Shown here one piece after another: positions 8,138 through 17,441 of a stretch of DNA of 64,000 nt (positions are counted from its first letter, which is position 1; each line of letters starts with the position of its first letter). This stretch comes from a virus. Both the position numbers and the translations under genes were made by a program. The DNA is taken from positions 1-64,000 of IMG/VR virus record IMGVR_UViG_3300031949_000022. One strand, 5' to 3'. Below the pieces are notes generated by a model. It worked only from the letters and a program-made list of their open reading frames with translations, searched no databases and was not told the DNA's origin.

Positions 8138-9700
8138 TCAGCTCGGGGTGGTTTCGGCGAGGAGCCAGCTGGCTTGATGCCTCTGGTCGCAGGTGCGACC
8201 CGAGCTGCTGCCCTGGGTGCGGCTCACGTTGTTCGGGTCAATGATGACGTCCGTCGCCTCCACCCACTCGTCGATCCGCTGGATCTTCCCAGCGTTGTAC
8301 GCGGGCGTAATGATGTTGGAGATCAGCCAGCTCTTGTAGCGGCTCGGTGTGACGGTGCGTGCCGGGATCTTCTGGTTGGTGTTGACGGTCACGCCGTCGG
8401 CCAAGTACTCGTCATCCCGAAGGTGAAAGTTCGAGTAAGTGAGTTGGTCGCGGAGAACCCAGGTGTCCGCCATCTCGTCCAGCACGCTGATCCGATGCGA
8501 CTCGGTTGCCCGGAAGTCATCGATCGTTCCGGCTGCGTTCTTCGACCGCGTCGTGACGTGCATGGTCAGCGCCGACCGAGCCTGATTCGACTCGACGCAA
8601 CAGATCCCGTCCGTGACGGCGTCGTTCTTGTCGTCAGAATCCGGCCAGTCCGCATTGGCGTACGCCGGTCGGATGAACCAGTCGGTTCCGCTATAGCCGT
8701 CGAAGTTGTAGTGCGTCTCGACGGCTTCGCGCTTCTGCGTGATGGCCATGAGATTGCCAGCCAGGCCTGCCGGATCGTGGTCGGAGTTCTTCTGCCAGAT
8801 CAGGTGAAAGCGCTCGCTGTTGAGGGCCAGCACGATCGTCGTCGTGGCGCCGAGCGTCCCGACCGCGCCGCCGAAGCCTCGAGTACGAAGACCCGGGTTC
8901 GGCTCGCTCTTGGTCGCGATGTGGGATAGGGCGCTGACTAGGTCGGCCTGAATCGCGCTGGTGAAGCACATGTAGTAGCGACGAGTCGCCGTGAAGGTGG
9001 CGAGCGCAGCGACGAGCAGCGAGTTCTCCGTAACCGCTCCGTCAGCCGCCACGATGTTCGAGCCTCCCGCGGCGCCGATTGTCGCAGCCGATACGGTGCA
9101 TCCGACTCCCATGCCGGGCGTCACGCTGATCACGCGCAGTCGGTAGATTCCGTTTTGTGAAGCTCCAGCAATGGGGGCTGTCCCCGTGACGGTGCCAGTT
9201 GCGTTGTTCCACGTCGCCGGTGCATGTGCGATTCCATTGAGCTTTGCTTCCAGAAGCTCGCCGATATCGGTGGCAGCATTCCCCGACACGAAGTTTACCG
9301 ACGTGACGGTGTCGTAGAACTGGACGACGATCTGACCGGTCCCCGTGGCAGGACCGGTAACGACGAATGCGCTGGTCGCCGACGTAGCCCCAGCTCCGGA
9401 GCTCGGGGCATGAGCGAGGTAGTACAGATTCCGGCATCCGCCCTTGAGTGCCATCCTGAGCGCCTGATAGGCGGGCCCGCGGATCCCCGCGTAGGTCTCC
9501 GCGTCGGACTCGGTGCGGATGCGGTACTCGGTGTTGGCCACCGTGCCCGCCGATGCGGCTGCTGCCGTGTAGGGACCAACGACCGCAGCGTCGCGGAACG
9601 CGGCCGCCGCACTCGATGCTCCCTGTCCGAGCAGCACCTCGACGGCGCTGAATGGGGCGCGGTAGCTGGAAGGGTACCCGGTGATGTCGAAGCCAGCCAT
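8138..9700 (-). CDS. contractile tail sheath protein
   Basis: 520 aa, N-terminus MAGFDITGYPSSYRAPFSAVEV.. and overall composition typical of sheath family; followed by tube. Confidence 0.85.
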   Translation of the reverse strand: MAGFDITGYPSSYRAPFSAVEVLLGQGASSAAAAFRDAAVVGPYTAAAASAGTVANTEYRIRTESDAETYAGIRGPAYQALRMALKGGCRNLYYLAHAPSSGAGATSATSAFVVTGPATGTGQIVVQFYDTVTSVNFVSGNAATDIGELLEAKLNGIAHAPATWNNATGTVTGTAPIAGASQNGIYRLRVISVTPGMGVGCTVSAATIGAAGGSNIVAADGAVTENSLLVAALATFTATRRYYMCFTSAIQADLVSALSHIATKSEPNPGLRTRGFGGAVGTLGATTTIVLALNSERFHLIWQKNSDHDPAGLAGNLMAITQKREAVETHYNFDGYSGTDWFIRPAYANADWPDSDDKNDAVTDGICCVESNQARSALTMHVTTRSKNAAGTIDDFRATESHRISVLDEMADTWVLRDQLTYSNFHLRDDEYLADGVTVNTNQKIPARTVTPSRYKSWLISNIITPAYNAGKIQRIDEWVEATDVIIDPNNVSRTQGSSSGRTCDQRHQASWLLAETTPS

Positions 9701-10017
9701 CAGCTCTGCACCTCACTCTTGGCGCCCTTGGGCGCGACCTTGGTTTGACCGGTGAAGGGCACGCCGCAGGCGCGCGCCGTCTCGGCGTCCGCCGGAATCA
9801 GCGGTGGGTCCTGGGCGTCCACGAGGAACTTCCTCAGAATCCGCTGCCCCTCTCGCGAGGTAGACTCGATCTCGGTCGGAGTGTCCAAGATCTCATTCCT
9901 GATCTCCGTGCCGTTGACCTTGAGCTTTCGCCCCACGTACCGCGGCAGATCGCCAGCGACACTCGGCCCCGGCAGCCTGCAGAAATGACCGGGCTTCGCG
10001 TAGAATCTGAGCTTCAT
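9700..10017 (-). CDS. hypothetical structural-module protein (105 aa)
   Basis: ORF whose stop shares 1 nt with the sheath start; no motif recognised. Confidence 0.55.
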   Translation of the reverse strand: MKLRFYAKPGHFCRLPGPSVAGDLPRYVGRKLKVNGTEIRNEILDTPTEIESTSREGQRILRKFLVDAQDPPLIPADAETARACGVPFTGQTKVAPKGAKSEVQS

Positions 10018-10047
10018 TCGTGCCTCGTTGGTGGGGCAGCGCCCCGG

Positions 10048-10506
10048 CTAGAATCGTGTTGCTAGCTCCGCCATGCGGCGGGCCAGGTAGTCGCCCTCGA
10101 CGCGGTACGCGGAGCGCCAAGCGCGGTAGGCGAACTTGTAGGGGCGGTTCCCAGGGTGGTTCACCTTCGCGAAGAACCGCAGCTCGCCGTGCCAGATGAA
10201 TCGAAGGGCTCTGGCTCGCCTCGGGCGAATGATGTGCGGTCGCGACCCCTTGTCGATTGGGTTTGCGTAGGGGACGTCGTTGTAGAGGTTGAGAAGACGC
10301 CCGCTGCTCAGCCGCTTGACGCCGTACCGCTGTCCGCGCTGCAGCCTACCGGTGCGCGGCTTGAACTTCGGGTATCTCTGGACGTGATCGATGGAGTGCT
10401 TCCCGGCGACTTCTGACGCGGCATCGAGCATCCGCTCGTTCTGCGCGAGGAAGTGATCGTGCCTCTGTCGCACCTCCGTCAGGTTGACGAGGCGCGCGAG
10501 AAACAC
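10048..10506 (-). CDS. HK97 gp10-like head-tail / tail-completion protein
   Basis: 152 aa; KFKPRTGRLQRGQRYGVKRLSSGR..PYANPIDKGSRPH resembles gp10-family pattern (TG.L..S......PYA..ie.G); position. Confidence 0.5.
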   Translation of the reverse strand: MFLARLVNLTEVRQRHDHFLAQNERMLDAASEVAGKHSIDHVQRYPKFKPRTGRLQRGQRYGVKRLSSGRLLNLYNDVPYANPIDKGSRPHIIRPRRARALRFIWHGELRFFAKVNHPGNRPYKFAYRAWRSAYRVEGDYLARRMAELATRF

Positions 10507-10507
10507 C

Positions 10508-11623
10508 TCAGGTCACCAGCACCCACTTGACGCCGTTGTACGTCATCGTGAGGTAGCCAGAATTCGTGGAGATGACCTGCGAAGCGGCGCCGTTGATCAG
10601 TTTGCCGTTGCCAGCGACCGTGATGTTTCGTGTAGTGGCCTGGGCGTCCCCGTCGATCACACGCACGACCTGCCCCGTCGTTGGCGACGCTGGCAACGTG
10701 ACGGTGACTGCCGTGGTGTTCCCGGTGACGAACACCTGAAGGCTTCGCCCATCGATCGTGGTGCTGGCTGCGACGTTGATGAGCAACTCGAACTCCTGCA
10801 GAACGAACGTGTTCTGAGTGACCAATTCGTCGATCAGCGGATTGGCGCCGTCGGGATCGTCGCCGATGACGGTCCCCGTACCGAGCTCCGCATTGACGCC
10901 CTCGTAGTCGTTGTCCCGCGTGTCTCCGTCGGTGAACGACTCGATCTCGGCGGCGAGCACGTCAAGGCTCACGGCCCAGTAGAGCGTTTCCTGGTCGGAG
11001 AACTTCGCGGGCCCGCGCCGGATGCTGTTCGGAGCAATCTTGCAGTTCGACCAATTCGCTGTGCCCATGCCTGGCCCCAGGACCAGTTTGGGCTGCGTGG
11101 CGTGCCCCGGGGTCACCGCGTAAGCCATGTGCCCGCCGCGGTCGATCGTCAGCAGCATCACCTTCAAGGCCGCCGCCAGAAAGTCGAGCATCTTTCGGCG
11201 GTCGCCGGACGTCAGTGGTCCGAGGATGTAGTCGACCGCGAAGGTCCGGGTCAGCTGGTTCTGACCGCTGTCGATCTCGTCCCAAGACCCTTCACCAGTC
11301 CAGTACACGGCCAGCAGCGGAAAACTCTGCTCGGTCGTCTGGAGGATGTGCGAGTCGGGCTCGTCGGGCAGCGTGTCGGCGACCGGGGTCGTCCCTGACA
11401 GGCTGCTTCCAACCGATGCGTCTGTCCACCGCGCCGCCAGCTCATCGTTCAGCGCGGCCGCCAGCAGGGCCAGGAGGATGTCGCGGCCCGGCTCGAGAGA
11501 GCCCGCCGTTGTCTCGTTGGTGTCGGCAAGCGGGAACGCTGTGCCGCCGACTCCTCGGTAAATGCTGTTGGCGGTCATGATGGCCAGGACAGCGGAGTCC
11601 AATACGGAGAATCTGCGCCCCAA
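10508..11623 (-). CDS. virion protein with C-terminal LP..G..V.V.D...N.ITV..NG..I.G small beta domain
   Basis: 371 aa, TTG start (uncertain; first internal ATG is at residue 16); C-terminus VTLPASPTTGQVVRVIDGDAQATTRNITVAGNGKLINGAASQVISTNSGYLTMTYNGVKWVLVT is a motif I associate with phage fibre/spike-type proteins. Confidence 0.55.
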   Translation of the reverse strand: MGRRFSVLDSAVLAIMTANSIYRGVGGTAFPLADTNETTAGSLEPGRDILLALLAAALNDELAARWTDASVGSSLSGTTPVADTLPDEPDSHILQTTEQSFPLLAVYWTGEGSWDEIDSGQNQLTRTFAVDYILGPLTSGDRRKMLDFLAAALKVMLLTIDRGGHMAYAVTPGHATQPKLVLGPGMGTANWSNCKIAPNSIRRGPAKFSDQETLYWAVSLDVLAAEIESFTDGDTRDNDYEGVNAELGTGTVIGDDPDGANPLIDELVTQNTFVLQEFELLINVAASTTIDGRSLQVFVTGNTTAVTVTLPASPTTGQVVRVIDGDAQATTRNITVAGNGKLINGAASQVISTNSGYLTMTYNGVKWVLVT

Positions 11624-11735
11624 GCCGTACCGTCCGGGTCTCGCGGACAGCTTGGCTTCCGTGGTTCCGGGTCCGGCTCCGGCTCTCGGTCGACCTTCCC
11701 GTCACCGATTTCACAGTCCGGACTCGTCCAGGTAC

Positions 11736-12164
11736 TCATTCCAGCGGCGCCGCCCGGACGGTGTAGTGGAGCGCGAAGTCCTTGGAGACGTCCACGATCC
11801 GGAGCTTCGTCGTCCCGCCGGGGCCAACGACCTTGACCCAGCGCTCCTGGGCGGCTGTGAGCGTCCCCTCGAGCGTCGCGATGGCTACCCCTCCCCCCGT
11901 ATGTGCCGGAGTCAGGGGGCCGATTTGGACGGTGTCCGAGGGTAGATTCTCGACCGCGATGGTCTCGCCCGAAAGCGACCTGAACTTCGGTGGCTGACCA
12001 CCTTCGGTGAGCTCAGTCTCAGCGTCCGAGGACGTCCCCTCTCCGACGCTAGCCCCCGTCCATGTCCGGACGACGACGTAGCTGCGGTGTGGGCGGAGGC
12101 CGCGAGCACCAGGGATCGACCGGATTGCGGCGATGGCCGGCAGGAGATCAGATGCGAATGTCAC
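11736..12164 (-). CDS. hypothetical head-tail module protein (142 aa)
   Basis: ORF in structural operon; no motif. Confidence 0.55.
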   Translation of the reverse strand: MTFASDLLPAIAAIRSIPGARGLRPHRSYVVVRTWTGASVGEGTSSDAETELTEGGQPPKFRSLSGETIAVENLPSDTVQIGPLTPAHTGGGVAIATLEGTLTAAQERWVKVVGPGGTTKLRIVDVSKDFALHYTVRAAPLE

Positions 12165-12780
12165 CGGGAGCCCTTGGCAAGAACACCTGGGCTCCGAGGT
12201 GTTTCAGCACCACGCCCATGTGCATCCAGATCTCTCCGCCAATCGCGGTCCAGCGTCTGCAGAACGCCACATCTTCACCGTCGTAGCTCCCCCCGGGCTC
12301 GTAGAGCGAGGCCCAGAGCGCCGTAACGCGGCCCTGGTACGTCTCATACATCATGCTCGAGTAGTGGTCGGCCATGGCCACGATGGCCTGCCTGGCAATC
12401 AGCAGAAAACCTCCCGGGACATAGACGCAACGGGCCAGGTCTCCGTCTGTTTGCCCCGAGAACTCGGCTGGTATCTCCCGCTCCTCCGTCTTCTTGCAGT
12501 AGACGCCCGAGACGAACCACTTGTCGGCTGCCAGGAGCTTCTGCAGATCCTTCGCCCTCCAGCCAATGTCCGAATCCAAACAGAGCATGTGGGAACATCC
12601 AGAATCCAAGAATCGCTTGGTCAGAATGTCGCGGTTTCGTGGGAGAAATGACCCGCGTTCGCCGTCGACTCGGATGCTTCCAGGAAGCTCAATGAGCGCC
12701 TGCATGCACCCGGCAGCACACTCCATGTGGACCTTGCCGTCGATGCTCGGAATGGCGACGAAGATGGTCGGATTAGCCAA
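12148..12780 (-). CDS. GT-A fold glycosyltransferase
   Basis: 210 aa; IFVAIPSIDG start, DXD-type motif LCLDSDIGW, and GEDVAFCRRW motif typical of GT2-like enzymes; overlaps both structural neighbours. Confidence 0.65.
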   Translation of the reverse strand: MANPTIFVAIPSIDGKVHMECAAGCMQALIELPGSIRVDGERGSFLPRNRDILTKRFLDSGCSHMLCLDSDIGWRAKDLQKLLAADKWFVSGVYCKKTEEREIPAEFSGQTDGDLARCVYVPGGFLLIARQAIVAMADHYSSMMYETYQGRVTALWASLYEPGGSYDGEDVAFCRRWTAIGGEIWMHMGVVLKHLGAQVFLPRAPGDIRI

Positions 12781-13192
12781 GCGAGATTTCCCCGCCGCTA
12801 CCTACCTGGAATCCTTCACGAGACCACGAGTCCCCTCGGTAGCCGCGTGTACCGAACGCATCGCCCTGGAGCGGGAACCCGAAGATGATCGAAAGCCTGC
12901 TGGCCCAGAGCCGTCCGTATGCTCTGGATTCCGAAACCTGCGATGAACCCTCGGATGCCGGGAAGAATTCGATCTCGTCGACCTTCTTAACCCCGGCCGC
13001 CGTCAGAACGCTGTTCACCTTCGCGTCAGCAGTGGCCAAGTTTGCCAGAAGAGTGACCACTTCTGCCTGCGTGTCCGCTCGAGTCCCGATCACATTGATC
13101 GCGCTCTCGAGACGAGCGTCATTCATCTGGAAGACGTCTGGGACCCCGAGAAACAGCCGGATCTTGACCTTTTGAGCCTCGGTGAATGCCAT
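12773..13192 (-). CDS. hypothetical head-tail module protein (139 aa)
   Basis: ORF in structural operon. Confidence 0.55.
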   Translation of the reverse strand: MAFTEAQKVKIRLFLGVPDVFQMNDARLESAINVIGTRADTQAEVVTLLANLATADAKVNSVLTAAGVKKVDEIEFFPASEGSSQVSESRAYGRLWASRLSIIFGFPLQGDAFGTRGYRGDSWSREGFQVGSGGEISLG

Positions 13193-13193
13193 G

Positions 13194-13673
13194 TCACTTC
13201 CGGTTCTGCTGTTGGATCTTCTGCGCCCGATGCTTCTCCAGATCGGCCAACTTCCCAGCCATCTCCTCGAGTTTGAGTTCGATTGCAGCCCTCTCGTCCG
13301 CAGATCGGGTCAGTCTGGTCTCCGCCTCGTTGAGCTTGGCCACCAGGGCATTGGCGCGCTCGGTAGCGGTCGTCAGTTGGCGCTTGGCCTTCTCGGCCTC
13401 CTGCTGTGCCGACACCGCTACCGCTTGGGCCTCTTCGAGCTGGCCTTTCAGGACACGGACCTCGTCCGCACGCGCCGTGTCCTGAGCAGCCCTTGCACGC
13501 GCAGACGCCTTGCTTTCAGCTGGCACCGGGCTCTGCCCCAGCGGAAGGGTCCGCTTGGCGCACAGCTCGACCCATTCGTCTGGAACATCGACGGTCCCCC
13601 ACGGCTCGCAAACGAACTCGCGAGACCCCATCGACCAACTGAGGCGATTCGACGTCTGGTTGTGCAAGATCAT
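13194..13673 (-). CDS. coiled-coil protein (159 aa)
   Basis: C-terminal 100 aa Ala/Glu/Lys/Arg-rich heptad-like sequence; 4-nt overlap upstream. Confidence 0.55.
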   Translation of the reverse strand: MILHNQTSNRLSWSMGSREFVCEPWGTVDVPDEWVELCAKRTLPLGQSPVPAESKASARARAAQDTARADEVRVLKGQLEEAQAVAVSAQQEAEKAKRQLTTATERANALVAKLNEAETRLTRSADERAAIELKLEEMAGKLADLEKHRAQKIQQQNRK

Positions 13674-14200
13674 GGGTTGACCAAGGTGATCATGGATCCC
13701 AGCGGCGCCGTGGTGATGTGGGCATTTACGTCGCCCTTCACCTCATTCGCCAACGTGATCGCCGTTGCCGAGTCGGTGGCGTTGGCGTTCGTGACGGTGT
13801 TGGTGCTGTCGTTGTTGAAGTGCACGTTCGCGGCAGTGATGTGCGCCGTGTATTTGCCCTTCAGGTCGTTGACCAACGCTACCGCCGTGGTTTCGTCGGT
13901 CGCGTTGGCGACTGTGATAGCCGCGCTGGTAGCAGTGTCGTGCGCCACCGAATCCGCAAAGTGCTTGTCCACCTTCACCTTGATGGCGTTGACTAGCACG
14001 TATAGCGTTGCCGCATTCGTCGCGTTCGCTGCCGAGACCGTATCGGCCACCTTGGTCGGATTCTTGTAGTCCGTCGTCGTTGTCGTCGACGTGATATCCA
14101 CGTGGAAATTGGTCGACACGCTCTCCGTGATCAGCTCATTGAGAGCCAATACGAGTGCCGGGACAATCTCCTCCGGAATGTTCCTGACCGTGTACGCCAT
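13670..14200 (-). CDS. capsid-associated (decoration-like) protein with three internal ~35-aa repeats
   Basis: Start moved to ATG 14200 (TAATG overlap with capsid stop); repeats ATNAATLYVLVNAIKVKVDKH / ATDETTAVALVNDLKGKYTAH / ATDSATAITLANEVKGDVNAH; directly after major capsid gene. Confidence 0.55.
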   Translation of the reverse strand: MAYTVRNIPEEIVPALVLALNELITESVSTNFHVDITSTTTTTDYKNPTKVADTVSAANATNAATLYVLVNAIKVKVDKHFADSVAHDTATSAAITVANATDETTAVALVNDLKGKYTAHITAANVHFNNDSTNTVTNANATDSATAITLANEVKGDVNAHITTAPLGSMITLVNP

Positions 14201-15234
14201 TACACCACCTGGACGTTCTTGCGGACGCCGCAAGCACAGGGTTTGGTCACCTTCACGTTGCAGTAGACCTTCGCCATGAACTTCTGCGAGTCGCCAGTCT
14301 TGGCCAGCATCTCGTAGGTGACCATGAGCGGGATCTCACCGAACCCATCGTTGGACCGAAGCATCTGGCCCGGGATGAGCCCCATCTGCCTCTGCTCGGG
14401 TTGCACCTGCACCACGATCTGGACGTACCTCGTGTTGAGGTAGTACAGCTGGCCGTTGGTCGCGTCCTTGTCCTTCAAGAACACGACGCCCTCGACGCTG
14501 ATTCCTTCCTCGGGCCCTGTGAACTCCACGACACCGCGCGCGGTACGCATCTGGGTGACGGGCTTCACGAACTGGCTGCGGCTGTCAAACAGCCCGCGGA
14601 CAGAGTTGAACACCGACGGATCGCACAGGACCAAGTCCGGGTGCTCCCCGCTTGCTTCGTAGATGGCTCGCAGATCCTCGCGGATCTGACTCTCCGACAC
14701 CGCCGTCGCCGAGCCCGGGTCCACCACGTACGGCTTCCAGTACGCGGACGATCCGCGCACGATGGTTGCGTAGGTGTTGGTGTCGTCGCCAATGGCCGAG
14801 TCCAGCCCAGTAGGCTGTGCGGGGGAGGCCGCACCATTCCCACTGAAGACGTAGCCGTTAAGCAACGTCGCCAGCGCCGCATTGGCGTTGACCACGTTCC
14901 GTCCCCACAGATCCATGCTCCCCTGAGGAGTCATGGACGTTGCGGCCGAGGAACGAGCCAGGCCCGTCACGCGGCTGTTTGCCCGGAGCAGAGTCCACGC
15001 CAGGACCGCGCTGGCCTGGGCGTCCGATCCGAAGTTCGCGGCGTCGGCGCCGTCGGAGTACGCTTCCGCGACTGCTCCGGACGACTCCGCAACCCATGCC
15101 ACGTTGGACCCCTCGCCAGTGACGATGGGAAGAACACGCAGCGCGGTGGTGGTGCGGTTGACCTGCCGGACGATATCACCGGCGTAGTTTTGGGCGAGGA
15201 TGATGAGCGCAAGGGTCTGGGGGACGTCAGCCAT
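14200..15234 (-). CDS. major capsid protein (HK97-fold type)
   Basis: 344 aa, follows scaffold gene; composition and length typical. Confidence 0.8.
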   Translation of the reverse strand: MADVPQTLALIILAQNYAGDIVRQVNRTTTALRVLPIVTGEGSNVAWVAESSGAVAEAYSDGADAANFGSDAQASAVLAWTLLRANSRVTGLARSSAATSMTPQGSMDLWGRNVVNANAALATLLNGYVFSGNGAASPAQPTGLDSAIGDDTNTYATIVRGSSAYWKPYVVDPGSATAVSESQIREDLRAIYEASGEHPDLVLCDPSVFNSVRGLFDSRSQFVKPVTQMRTARGVVEFTGPEEGISVEGVVFLKDKDATNGQLYYLNTRYVQIVVQVQPEQRQMGLIPGQMLRSNDGFGEIPLMVTYEMLAKTGDSQKFMAKVYCNVKVTKPCACGVRKNVQVV

Positions 15235-15273
15235 TTCTGTATTCCGTAGCGGGCCTGTGGTGGAGTCGTTGGA

Positions 15274-16074
15274 TCAGCTCAGCACACCGGGGTCGATCCC
15301 CAACTTCTCGAATGCTGCAAGCGTCGCGGCCGCGGGGTTCCCCTCGCTGTCCTTGCCGCCAACACCATTCTGGAAGCGAATTTGCGACTGGCCTTTCTTC
15401 GATTCCTCCTGGTGCCCGCCTGGTGCCGGGAGGAACGGTTTCACGTCGTCTGTCGCGAGCAGGAGAGGGAGAGCTTCTGCAAGCGGCAAATCTTCATTGG
15501 CAAGCGGTGCTCCCTTGTACGGAGCTCGCTTCACCGTGAGCATTGGTGAGCCCGCATCGTCGACCTTCAGCACACCTTTCACGTGCGAGTAGTAGTCGAT
15601 GAACGGGTCCAGAAGCTCGGGTTTGATCTTGGTTTGCACACCAGCTCGGAACGCGGCCTTGGCGGAATCAAACCGGTTCTTCTGCTCGAGCTCCAGTCGT
15701 TGCTTGTCGAGTTCGGTCGATTTGCGCTCGGACGCATCAAGCCGTTCCTGGAGCGCGGTCAACTGGCGCTGGTATTCCTTCGCCGCGTCGTTCTCTGAGG
15801 ACTTGTCATCGGTTTTCTTCTGACCATCGGTCGCCTTTGGCGTTGCCTTCGCTACGATGGCAGCAATCTGCTCATCGAGCTTCAGGCCTCCAAGAACTTC
15901 CGTGATAGCCGGTCCAATAGACCGCTTCAGTTGTGCCGTCACGGCGCTGTTGACGATGCGCCCAACGTCTTCTTCCGTGATGCCTTTGGGTTGATCCGGA
16001 GGTGGATCGCCTCCGCTTCCTCCCTTGTCGTCGGCCTTCTCGGATAGTGGTCCAAAGTGGAACGATGGCAGCAT
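15274..16074 (-). CDS. scaffolding protein
   Basis: Start moved to ATG 16074 (GGAGAGGAAG upstream); central coiled coil QRQLTALQERLDASERKSTELDKQRLELEQ; immediately upstream of capsid gene. Confidence 0.6.
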   Translation of the reverse strand: MLPSFHFGPLSEKADDKGGSGGDPPPDQPKGITEEDVGRIVNSAVTAQLKRSIGPAITEVLGGLKLDEQIAAIVAKATPKATDGQKKTDDKSSENDAAKEYQRQLTALQERLDASERKSTELDKQRLELEQKNRFDSAKAAFRAGVQTKIKPELLDPFIDYYSHVKGVLKVDDAGSPMLTVKRAPYKGAPLANEDLPLAEALPLLLATDDVKPFLPAPGGHQEESKKGQSQIRFQNGVGGKDSEGNPAAATLAAFEKLGIDPGVLS

Positions 16075-16188
16075 GGTTGCTTCCTCTCCCGGTGCAGCCC
16101 GGGTGCGCCGATAACGCTCGGTGTCAGCGTGCGGAGCAGTTGCAGGCGCTCCGTTCCCTGTGCACGCCATGGCGGCGTGTGAGTCTTG

Positions 16189-16803
16189 TTACGGGCAGTA
16201 GACCGTCAGGGCCACCAGCGTGGGCGCCGTGAGCGCATCGCTGGTCAACACGCGCGTAAACGCGATCGGCTCGATGTCATCTGAGGCTGCGAACGAATCC
16301 GTCGGAGATCCAACGGCGTCGCCGTACTGCACGTTGACTTGCCCGGCTGTCCCCCGCAGCTTGATCGCCGTGAACGTGTCGCCGGGCTGAGGTGTGCAGA
16401 TGTTTCCGCAGCCGATTTCAAAGGCGCCGGCCGTGCTTACCTGCGCTGGAAACACGATGGTCGGAGGGTAGTCGAACGCCTGTACCCCGCGCAGCTGGTC
16501 ATTGCCGTCTGCGGTTGCTGGGGTCAGGGACTCCGTGACGGCTATCCCCCCTCGGGTTCCCGTCAGCACGATCGGGTTGGTCGTGTAGGCACCGGCCGAC
16601 GATGACCGCGTGATAGTGATGGTGCGCGGGCACTTGAGCCACTTGCTCGCGGATACGGCCGCGCCGTTGTAGTCAGACGGCACCTTGGTCACGATGCTGG
16701 CTGATGTCGCGAACGACGGTTCAACCCCGTTGTCATCGTCCAGATCGGCAGCCGCGAACGTGATAGTACGCCGGGCGCTGTTGATGGGAACTGCAGAGCT
16801 CAT
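16189..16803 (-). CDS. hypothetical head-module protein (204 aa)
   Basis: ORF between MuF-like and scaffold genes. Confidence 0.55.
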   Translation of the reverse strand: MSSAVPINSARRTITFAAADLDDDNGVEPSFATSASIVTKVPSDYNGAAVSASKWLKCPRTITITRSSSAGAYTTNPIVLTGTRGGIAVTESLTPATADGNDQLRGVQAFDYPPTIVFPAQVSTAGAFEIGCGNICTPQPGDTFTAIKLRGTAGQVNVQYGDAVGSPTDSFAASDDIEPIAFTRVLTSDALTAPTLVALTVYCP

Positions 16804-17441
16804 AGTTCGTCCATGTGGATGATGGTCTCAGAGCAGCGGCAACTACCGTGCAGCGGAGCCGGCGGGTCAAATCCTTCGGATGCAGGGACTGTGTTACCGT
16901 CGAGCCTGTCGCAGCGATCACAAACGCGCTTGTCGCCGGCAGTGTCCCAACGCAGGAAGAGCACCGCTTTGACCTTCTCGGGAAGGTTGTCGATGACGCC
17001 GCGGCGCGCCTCGTTGAATGCTCGGGTAGCTTCCCAGGCAGCTCGACGCTCGATCTCAGGCAGGAACAGTCTTCCGTCTGGCAGCTGTGATTCCAGATAC
17101 CGGCTCGTTACCGCGTGAGCCTCGGCCGCCGCCGCCGTGGCGTTCTGTTTGGCCAGGGCTCGCGTTACTCGAACCCTCGGTACCCGGGGGGCCATACCAG
17201 TCGCGGCCTCCAGTTGGGCTATCGTGCGACGCAAGGACAGGTCAACGGCCCGCTCGCTAGCCTGCAGCACGCTTACTTGGACCGCGAGGAACAGCAGGGC
17301 TGCTTTTTTGGTAGCCGCCGCGTCCCCTTCGAGCGCTGTCTTGATCCGCTTCCTCATCAGCAGGAGCAGAAGGGCCTCGATCTCCACGATCCGTTTCAGG
17401 TCCTGTTTCCTCTCCTGAGCCAACTCCTCTTGCGATCTCAC
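16800..17441 (-). CDS. head morphogenesis protein, Mu gpF / SPP1 gp7 family
   Basis: C-terminal signature RWDTAGDKRVCDRCDRLDGNTV..PPAPLHGSCRC; GTG start 17441; G/C-rich third positions in this frame through the overlap with portal. Confidence 0.8.
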   Translation of the reverse strand: MRSQEELAQERKQDLKRIVEIEALLLLLMRKRIKTALEGDAAATKKAALLFLAVQVSVLQASERAVDLSLRRTIAQLEAATGMAPRVPRVRVTRALAKQNATAAAAEAHAVTSRYLESQLPDGRLFLPEIERRAAWEATRAFNEARRGVIDNLPEKVKAVLFLRWDTAGDKRVCDRCDRLDGNTVPASEGFDPPAPLHGSCRCSETIIHMDEL

